A DNA stretch of 64,000 nt from Euglena gracilis (Eukaryota): positions 39,517,816 to 39,581,815 of the forward strand of contig CP154954.1 of the NCBI GenBank assembly GCA_039621445.1. The letters are read 5' to 3'. Below the pieces are notes generated by a model, which did not search any database, was not told the origin of the DNA, and saw nothing but the letters and a program-made list of their open reading frames with translations. The translations under genes were made by a program, and so were the position numbers. Numbering within the stretch: position 1 is the stretch's first letter; every line of letters starts with the position of its first letter. Positions 11,138 through 20,300 of this stretch are shown in pieces.

Positions 11138-14100
11138 ATGGCCGACCCTGTGGCTGTCCCCCCGGAGGGGGAGCCCGCCGTCCCCGGGCAGGCGGAGCCC
11201 GGGACCGAGGTGGCGGAGTCCGGAGCGGAGCCCGCCCCGGCCGAGGCCGCTGCAGCGCAGGAGCCCAAGCCCGCCGCCAAGCCGGGGCGGGTACGCCCCC
11301 GCAACACCGCCCGGAAGCTCCCCATCGCGGAGGTGTACAAAGAAAAGGTGGAGCAGTGGGTGCTGGCGACCAGCACCAAACTCCCCCTCGACACCCTCCA
11401 CGTCGACTACGGGATGACGGAGGGCCAGACCCGCCCCCTCGACAACAACGAAGTGGAGCGCAAGCTCCGGCAGCTGCAGCTCAACCCCCCGCTGGAGCCG
11501 GTGAGGGTGACGGTCTGGAAGAAGGCCGGTGTGTCTCTCAGTGTGATTGTGTGTTATATGACTGTGTGATGTATGACGGTCTCTCTGACATCAGTTAGTC
11601 TGTGGAGTCTCTGTTGGTATGTGGGGCTCTGCATTGGCTACAGTACTTTGCATTGTTGGTACTATTTGATTTGCGCAATTGCGCGCACAAGCACACAACG
11701 TCATTTGATTTGCGCAATTGCGCGCACAGGCACACAATGTTATTTGCTTTGCGCAATTGCGCGCACAAGCACACAGTGTCATTTGATTTGCGCAATTGCG
11801 CGCACATCCTGCCACTGTTTTCACAGAGAACCACTACGTGCTGATGTCGGGGCAGCACATCACCTCGGCGCTGAAGCGCTGGGCGGAGGGCTTCAGGTCC
11901 CAGAAGTTGAACCCCCCGAAGGATTCAGCTCTGTATTTCTTTGTGTGTTTTTTGTTTTGCCCCTCCCATGTCACCCCTCCCATGTAACCCCTCTCGTGCA
12001 GCCCCTCTCGTGCCGCCCCTCTCATGCCACCCCTCTCGTGTCGCCCCTCCTGTGCAGCCCCTCCCAGGTCTCCCACACAGTCGTGCAAATGCAGGGCTGT
12101 GGCCAGGCGAAGTACGTCCTCGCCACCATCCTCCACCCCTTGACCCCGGTGCACCTGCGGCGGGCGGCCGGCGGGGATGCGCAGGCCATCCAGTCGTCGG
12201 TGAAGGAGCTGTCCATCCCCCAGTTCGCCAACCTCCTGGTGAAGGGGAAGGACATCAGCACGGTGCCGGCGGTGCGGCTGGCGGCGGCCTACCGGCAGGC
12301 CGGCTGGGACCGGTCGGTCCCGCGGGTGTGAGCCCAGTGCAGTACCTCTGCCACTGCTCCCATGCATTCAGTTTGATGACGTTGTTCCCATTTTATTTGC
12401 GCAATTGCGCGCATAAAAATGTTTCACAAAGACATAGTGCATTGTCATGATATACTTCTGTGTGTCATTGCCTCAGGGGCAGGTCATCCAGATGTGGGGG
12501 CCGCTGCAGCGGCTGGTGGAGGAGAACCCGGAGGCGGTGGCGGGGCTGCTGAGCGTCGAGTCGGCGCTGGCGGCGAGGGGCCGCACGCTGCTGTCCTCCC
12601 ACGTGCGGTCCCTCCGGCGGCTGCTGACCCCCGAGGCGCGGGCGCAGGTGGCGGCGGCGCTGCAGAGCCCGGGGATCGGCCTGGCCCAGCTGGAGCAGGC
12701 GGTGACCGAGGCCACCCACGAGATGTGGGTGGCCTTCGCGTGGCGGGGCGACAACCCCAACATCCACGCGCGGATGGGTGTGCCACTGGGGTCTGCGTGG
12801 GTCGGGGTTGCATATAAAGGGTGCTTACAGCAATGAATGGCGATTGGTGGTGATGGTCACTGGGTGCATTGCAAGTGTGATCACGTGCTTCCCCCCCCCC
12901 TTCACTGTTGTCTCGCAGTGCACAACGGGGCGGAGCGCAGCCGCTTCAAGCGGACCGTCCCGGTGGCGGCGCTGCAGGTGGCGAGGCTGGGGTCGTGGAC
13001 CTGGAGCCCGGCGGAGCCGAAGCCCCCCCTGGCGGCGGTGCTGACGGCCCCCTTCTGGGTGGAGGCGCGGCACGAGGGGCTGCGGGGCTCGGTCGCCTGC
13101 CCCCCGGCGGAGGCCGACGTGGTGGCCAAGGAGGGCGGGGCCCTCCAGGAGGTGGGGGTGGCCCGGCCGGCCGGGGAGGAGAAGGGGGTGCGCTGCCTGG
13201 TGTACCAGGCCAGCGGCGGCGCGGTGCCGGCGGAGGCGCTGGGGGCCGCAGTCAGGCTTCTTTTTAAGACCCCCGGGGGGGGGAGGGGGGGGGTCCCCCC
13301 CCACCCACCCAGGGTGGTGCGGGGCCCCCCCACCGGGGGGGGGGGGGGGGGGTCCGGGGACCCCCCCAAAATCGGGCCCGTTAAAGGCAATTTTCAAAAA
13401 TTTTCGGCGCTTCGCGCCGAAAAGGTATACCCAGCGCCTCCGGCGCGGGACCCCCCCCCTGGGGGGGAGGGTCCGGCCCGGACCCACCCACCCACCCCCC
13501 CTCCCCCCAGGGGGGGGGGGTCAGGGGAATTAAAAAGAAGCCTGGCCGCAGTGGGCCTCGTCGTCATCGAGGTCACCCACAACACGGGCTCAGGGTTCTG
13601 TTTAAACGTGAGCCTTTTTTTCAGTTTTAGCAGTTTCTGTTTTACTTGCGCAATTGCGCGCACAAAAAAAATTCATACTCCCACTCTCAACAGAAACAGC
13701 TCCCCAGTAGTGTATGCAATTTTTTTTAAATGTGATGCGCGCACTTGCGCAAATGTTTTGTTGCACGCACTTGCGCAAATCCAATGGTGTCTGTCAGTGC
13801 GCCAACACACTCTCAAACAGAATCCTGCCCCCTCCTGTCTGAGCAGGTCAAGCACCTGGCCGGTGTCGTGCCGGTCGCCATCTACGGCGGTGCCGGGGCG
13901 GTGGCCGCGGTGGAGGCGGCTGTGCAGCGGCTGGCGCCGGGGCGGGAGTCGGTGACGGTGGACGTCTGGCTGCGGCAGGGGGGCCAGGGGGTGGCCCGCA
14001 AGTTCGAGAAGCGGGCCCTGGTGGTCGTGTACGGCCCCGGTGACGTGGAGCGAAGCAAGGTACCCCACCCCACCTCACGCATTCTGCAGATTGCCATTCC

Positions 14101-15588
14101 GCATTTTAGACAGTGGATACTGGAGGGTCACCCATCCTCTGCGTCTTTTTTTAAAATGTGATCGTTTGATGCGCGCAATTGCGCGCACCTAATACACGAA
14201 AACTCTTTCAGCCTTCCATGCCTGTCTGGTCCCATCGTCCCCTCGCAGGTGCTGCCCAAGGTGGAGTGGGACGTGGAGTCCAGCTGCGGGCAGGGGCTGC
14301 ACTGGCTGTGCGTGGAGTGGCTGTGGTGGCGGGTGGTACGGCGGATGGAGGCGGCCAACGCCATGGTGATCCAGACCGCCGACGCCGCGGTGGCCGGCCG
14401 GGTGGCAGCCTGGGCAGCCAAGCCCCCTGAGGTCCTGGTGGTGGTGGAGGACTCGGCCAGCAGCCTGGAGGACGTCACCCAGACCGTGGCCAACACGGTG
14501 ACCCTGCACCGGCCCGTCGCCTCCGCCATGCTGCCCCTCCTGCTGGCCGCCCTGGAAGGGGGGGACGCCCTCTGGGTCCCCCTGGAGAACGCCGCCCTGC
14601 AGGACAAGCTCCGCCTGGCCGCCGAGGAGGCGGGGCGACGGGCCAAGGAGGCCGAGGAGCGGCGCCGCCAGACCAAGATCCGGCAGGAGCAGCGCCGCCT
14701 GCAGAAGCTGGAGGAGAGCCAGAAGGGTGGGGCTGACAGGAGGAAGAAGCGCCGGAAGAAGGAGCCTGAGAAGAGGCCCAGCAGGCCCCCAGCCCCCAAG
14801 GCCAGACGGGAGGAGACCGAGGCGGTGGACAGCCCGGAGGAGGGCGACGTGGAGATGACCGCCCCCGGCCGGGAGACCCCGGAGCTGACCCCGCCTGAAC
14901 CCGGAGCCAGCCCCATCATCGTGCCGCCGCCGGTGGCCCAGCCCAGCCGCCACCCGGAGGAGGAGGAGGTGGAGGAGGACAGCAGCAGCAGCAGCAGCAG
15001 CAGTGACAGCTCGGACACCTCCTCCGCAGTCGCCAGCGAAGCTCCCGCAGCCCCACCAGTGCAGCAGGGAGAAGAGGAAGAGGAGGAGGACACCATCGAG
15101 GAGATCACCCCCGGGTACCGGAAGCCAGAGCCCCAGAAGGGGAAGGAGAGACAGGGGGAGGAGAAGGGGGAGGGCAAGGGCAAGGCAGCAAGGGAAGGGA
15201 GCCAAGGAGGACACCCGGTGGAAGGCGGCGGGGCTGATCCGTCCCCCGGGACCGGGGGAGGCCCTGAAGGGCCCCAAGTCGTACCACCTCCTCGATCCCA
15301 AGAAGTACCCGGCGATGAAGCACATCATCGAGGCGTCCAAGGCCAAGGTGGCCGCGGAGGCAGCGTCGTCGCAGGCAGCGGCGGCCTCGGCACCGGCGGC
15401 GCCACAGGAGGCGGAGTCCGAAGAGGAGGAGTCCGAGGAGGAGGAGGCCCCGGCACCGCCACCACCTCATACCGCCCCGCCTGCGGCGCCCCGGAGCACC
15501 GTCCGCCGCGGGCTGCCCAAGCCCGGCACCAAGCCGGCGGCCGCCTCGGAGAGCCTGGCCAAGCGGGCTCACCAAGCACAAGAAGTGA
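11138..15588 (+). CDS. 7-exon gene: N-terminal ParB/Sulfiredoxin-like domain, degenerate beta-class N6/N4 DNA-methyltransferase-like region, and a charged low-complexity tail
   Basis: Phase-compatible exons 11138-11528, 11827-11922, 12105-12325, 12477-12777, 12919-13571 (MITE inside), 13847-14059 and 14249-15588. Introns are GT-AG except intron 2. Spliced N-terminus: GQTRPLDNNEVERKLRQLQLNPPLEPVRVTVWKKAENHYVLMSGQHITSALKRW. Two apparent 1-nt frameshifts in the last exon (~15187, ~15566). Confidence 0.75.
11668..11808. repeat. Four tandem ~40-bp units, each carrying the TTGCGCAATTGCGCGCAC motif, in intron 1 (mirror at ~4365-4505)
   Basis: ATTTGATTTGCGCAATTGCGCGCACAAGCACACA is repeated four times. 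Confidence 0.9.
11923..12104 (+). other. Euglenid-type non-conventional intron (mirror copy at 4068-4249, minus strand)
   Basis: Begins ATT-CAG (CAG at +4..+6) and ends CTG-TGGCC (CTG at -8..-6). The ends pair: CAGCTCTGTATTT with AAATGCAGGGCTG. Removal gives in-frame NPPK-E-AKYVLATILH. Confidence 0.75.
13253..13544. mobile_element. hAT-type MITE inserted in exon 5 of the right-arm gene only
   Basis: Perfect 15-bp TIR CAGGCTTCTTTTTAA / TTAAAAAGAAGCCTG. 8-bp TSD GCCGCAGT at 13245-13252 and 13545-13552. Empty site in the left arm at ~2952-2959. Confidence 0.93.
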
Positions 15589-17375
15589 GACTGGCTGTGG
15601 GCCTGTCTCAGCACCTTCTTTTTTTTTCTTCAGTTCTACTCCGCACTCCATTCTCTGCTTCTCATGTTTTTTTTACAAAACACTTTTGATGCGCGCATTT
15701 GCGCAAATGTTCCTGTTACAAATGTTTCCCCCTCTCAGTCCCCTCTCAGCTATGGTCTGTCCCCTCTCGGAATTCTTGTTCCAAATAAAAAAAATCATCA
15801 GTAGTGTTGATGCGCGCAATTGCGCAAATAAAACGCACACTTTTTTTTGTTTTGTTATTTGCCTGCCAGCTAGGAGACAGTGCCCCACCGCCGTGGTGTC
15901 CGTGTACACCGCCCGCTGCTGACCGTCATCCCCACGCCCTCTACCCTGCAGGGAGGTGGACTTGTTTTTTTTTGGGGGGTTGGTGTGACACACCCCCTCT
16001 CGTGACCCTGCAGCCCCCCTCTCGTGTCGTGCTGCCCCTCTCACCCGTGTTCAAAAAAAAAATTACCTCTCCCCCCAAACACCGCCCCCCACTGACAACC
16101 AGCGCGCGGCGGAGTGCGGGACGGCCCCCTCTTCCTGTTCAGCCCCGGGCGGCCAGCGTGTACCCCGCCCGCCGGGGGTCTGTTTGCCAGTCTGCCTTTT
16201 CTCTTTCTTCCCTCCTCCTCCCTTCCCCCCCCCCCCTCCCCCTTTTACCTCACCTTCTGCCCCCCGCTCCCTCCCCCCCTCCCGTCCATTCCCTCCTCCT
16301 TCCCTTTCCCTCCTCCCCCCTCCCCTTTGCCCTCCCCTCCGCACCTCCAGCCCCATTCCTTCCCTCCTCCGCCCCCCCGAGGTCCCCCCCACCACCCCCC
16401 CATGCCCAGAGCCCTCCCCTGACAGGGCCACCTCCTTCCCCCCTGTACCCCCCTCGACCCCCCCTCCCCGACCGCCCCATCCCTTCCAGCCCTGCCCAAG
16501 CTCCCCTCTGCCCCAGCCCAATGGTCCCACCAGGACCGCTCCCGGGAACCCCGAGGCCACCAGCAGACAAAGCCCGAAACCCCCCCCATCCATCCCAATT
16601 CCCCCCCCCTGCCAGACACCCCGCCAGACAACCCCCCCCCACGACCCCCGGAGGGTTTTGGCCCCCCCCCAAGAACCCGACCCCCCCGCAGGAGAAGAGG
16701 CCATCCTCCCCGCCCCGGAACCCCTCACCCCTCCGGACGCGGGGAGGCCAAAGACTTCACCATCCACCACAGGGCCCTGCCCGAGCCCCAAAGCCCAAAG
16801 AAAAGGACACACAGCCAAGAACCCGCAGCCAGACCTCCCACCGGGGCCCATGAAGGCCCCAATCCGCCCCCCGAGGCCCCAAAGCTTTTCCCCAGCTCCT
16901 CCCCTCGACGTCCCGCATATCCATGGTGCCACCCCCTCCGAAGAGGAGGGTGCCATAGCGCACCCCCCACCCGCCGCGCCGCGACTCAGCTTTCCCTCCC
17001 CCGGCGCAGCTCCAAGGAGCCGCCTCTTCCCGCCCCCTCCTCCAACCCCGGACGTGCAACAAGCCCGACGCCAAGCGGGGAAGGTAGGGGAAGCGGCAAG
17101 AAAAGTAAGAGAGCGGTGGGCCTGTCTCAGCCCCCCTTTGTTTTCCGCTCTAGTCTGCCACCCATTTTGAACACTTTTCCGCGCATTGCGCGTTTTCAGT
17201 TTTTCCCCTCAGTCCCCTGTGGCCTTCAGATTCCAAATTAAATTACATCGGGTGGATGCGGCCGCCACACCGTTTTTTTTCAGTGCTGTCAGAAATATCA
17301 CTGTCCGCTGCCCGGTGTCCCCCCGGCCCCACCGCCTGGAGGGTACTGGACCCCCCCCCCCGAACACCCTTTTTG

Positions 17376-20300
17376 TCCCTTTGTTGCCCAACTGTTCGAG
17401 GGCCCCAAAAATAACAAAATCCCTTGTGTTACCCACCGTTTTGGGGGGCAAATCCCTTAACTGTTCGAGGGGGGCCCCAAAATAACAAAATCCTTGTGTT
17501 CCCCACCCGTTTGGGGGGCAAATCCCTTTTGTTGCCCAACTGTTCGAGGGCCCCAAAATAACAAAATCCCTTGTGTTACCCACCCGTTTTGGGGGGCAAA
17601 TCCCTTTTGTTGCCCAACTGTTCGAGGGCCCCAAAATAACAAAATCCCTTTTGTTACCCACCCGTTTTGGGGGGCAAATCCCTTTTGTTGCCCAACTGTT
17701 CGAGGGCCCCAAAATAACAAAATCCCTTGTGTTACCCACCCGTTTTGGGGGGCAAATCCCTTTTGTTGCCCAACTGTTCGAGGGCCCCAAAATAACAAAA
17801 TCCCTTGTGTTACCCACCCGTTTTGGGGGGCAAATCCTTTGTGTTGCCCAACTGTTCGAGGGCCCCAAAATAACAAAATCCCTTGTGTTACCCACCCGTT
17901 CTGGGGGGCAAATCCCTTTTGTTGCCCAACTGTTCGAGGGCCCCAAAATAACAAAATCCCTTGTGTTACCCACCCGTTTTGGGGGGCAAATCCCTTTTGT
18001 TGCCCAACTGTTCGAGGGCCCCAAAATAACAAAATCCCTTGTGTTACCCACCCGTTTTGGGGGGCAAATCCCTTTTGTTGCCCAACTGTTCGAGGGCCCC
18101 AAAATAACAAAATCCCTTGTGTTACCCACCCGTTTTGGGGGGCAAATCCCTTTTGTTGCCCAACTGTTCGAGGGCCCCAAAATAACAAAATCCTTGTGTT
18201 ACCCACCCGTTTTGGGGGGCAAATCCCTTTTGTTGCCCAACTGTTCGAGGGCCCCAAAATAACAAAATCCCTTGTGTTACCCACCCGTTTTGGGGGGCAA
18301 ATCCCTTTTGTTGCCCAACTGTTCGAGGGCCCCAAAATAACAAAATCCCTTGTGTTACCCACCCGTTTTGGGGGGCAAATCCCTTTTGTTGCCCAACTGT
18401 TCGAGGGCCCCAAAATAACAAAATCCTTTGTGTTACCCACCTGTTTTGGGGGGCAAATCCCTTTTGTTGCCCAACTGTTCGAGGGCCCCAAAATAACAAA
18501 ATCCCTTGTGTTACCCACCCGTTTTGGGGGGCAAATCCCTTTTGTTGCCCAACTGTTCGAGGGACCCAAAATAACAAAATCCTTTGTGTTACCCACCCGT
18601 TTTGGGGGGCAAATCCCTTTTGTTGCCCAACTGTTCGAGGGCCCCAAAATAACAAAATCCCTTGTGTTACCCACCCGTTTTGGGGGGCAAATCCCTTTTG
18701 TTGCCCAACTGTTCGAGGGCCCCAAAATAACAAAATCCTTGTGTTACCCACCCGTTTTGGGGGGCAAATCCCTTTTGTTGCCCAACTGTTCGAGGGCCCC
18801 AAAATAACAAAATCCTTTGTGTTACCCACCCGTTTTGGGGGGCAAATCCCTTTTGTTGCCCAACTGTTCGAGGGCCCCTAAATAACAAAATCCCTTGTGT
18901 TACCCACCCGTTTTGGGGGGCAAATCCCTTTTGTTGCCCAACTGTTCAAGGGCCCCAAAATAACAAAATCCTTTGTGTTACCCACCCGTTTTGGGGGGCA
19001 AATCCCTTTTGTTGCCCAACTGTTCGAGGGCCCCAAAATAACAAAATCCCTTGTGTTACCCACCCGTTTTGGGGGGCAAATCCCTTTTGTTGCCCAACTG
19101 TTCGAGGGCCCCAAAATAACAAAATCCCTTGTGTTACCCACCCGTTTTGGGGGGCAAATCCCTTTTGTTGCCCAACTGTTCGAGGGCCCCAAAATAACAA
19201 AATCCTTGTGTTACCCACCCGTTTTGGGGGGCAAATCCCTTTTGTTGCCCAACTGTTCGAGGGCCCCAAAATAACAAAATCCCTTGTGTTACCCACCCGT
19301 TTTGGGGGGCAAATCCCTTTTGTTGCCCAACTGTTCGAGGGCCCCAAAATAACAAAATCCTTTGTGTTACCCACCCGTTTTGGGGGGCAAATCCCTTTTG
19401 TTGCCCAACTGTTTGAGGGCCCCAAAATAACAAAATCCCTTGTGTTACCCACCCGTTTTGGGGGGCAAATCCCTTGTGTGTTGCCCAACTGTTCGAGGGC
19501 CCCTAAATAACAAAATCCCTTGTGTTACCCAGCCGTTTTGGGGGGCAAATCCCTTGTGTTACCCACCCGTGTTGGGGGGCAAATCCCTTTTGTTGCCCAA
19601 CTGTTCGAGGGCCCCAAAATAACAAAATCCCTTGTGTTACCCACCCGTTTTGGGGGGCAAATCCCTTTTGTTGCCCAACTGTTCGAGGGCCCCAAATAAC
19701 AAAATCCCTTGTGTTACCCACCCGTTTTGGGGGGCAAATCCCTTTTGTTGCCCAACTGTTCGAGGGCCCCAAAATAACAAAATCCTTGTGTTACCCACCC
19801 GTTTTGGGGGGCAAATCCCTTTTGTTGCCCAACTGTTCGAGGGCCCCAAAATAACAAAATCCTTTGTGTTACCCACCCGTTTTGGGGGGCAAATCCCTTT
19901 TGTTGCCCAACTGTTCGAGGGCCCCAAAATAACAAAATCGCTTGTGTTACCCACCCGTTTTGGGGGGCAAATCCCTTTTGTTGCCCAACTGTTCGAGGGC
20001 CCCAAAATAACAAAATCCTTTGTGTTACCCACCCGTTTTGGGGGGCAAATCCCTTTTGTTGCCCAACTGTTCGAGGGCCCCAAAATAACAAAATCCTTTG
20101 TGTTACCCACCCGTTTTGGGGGGCAAATCCCTTTTGTTGCCCAACTGTTCGAGGGCCCCAAAATAACAAAATCCCTTGTGTTACCCACCCGTTTTGGGGG
20201 GCAAATCCCTTTTGTTGCCCAACTGTTCGAGGGCCCCAAAATAACAAAATCCTTGTGTTACCCACCCGTTTTGGGGGGCAAATCCCTTTTGTTGCCCAAC

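Larger units (their letters stand above)
270..16208. repeat. Giant inverted duplication (~8-kb arms) with no spacer, centred at 8083/8084
   Basis: Every ORF left of 8083 has a reverse-strand twin on the right (4602..5033- vs 11138..11569+; 5573..5908- vs 10258..10593+). The centre is a perfect 48-bp palindrome at 8060-8107. Alignable sequence on the right ends at ~16208. Confidence 0.97.

Noticed and set aside
13060-13125. Cluster of amino-acid changes in right-arm exon 5 (RHEGLRGSVACPPAEAD vs QYEELRASFAFPTVETE)
   Set aside because: Mostly changes toward G/C close to the arm-specific MITE. They cannot be told apart from poor polishing, so I do not claim adaptive divergence.
1-16208. Palindrome as a pure fold-back read artefact
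   Set aside because: The arms differ by a TSD-flanked MITE, a ~50-bp indel and clustered synonymous changes that read errors would not produce. A misjoin of two real copies remains possible.
16209-17375. Pro/Gly-rich ORFs and a possible element end
   Set aside because: Homopolymer-rich, noisy sequence; ~17050-17370 looks like a garbled copy of ~15510-15950. Probably low-quality consensus, so the element's true right end cannot be read.
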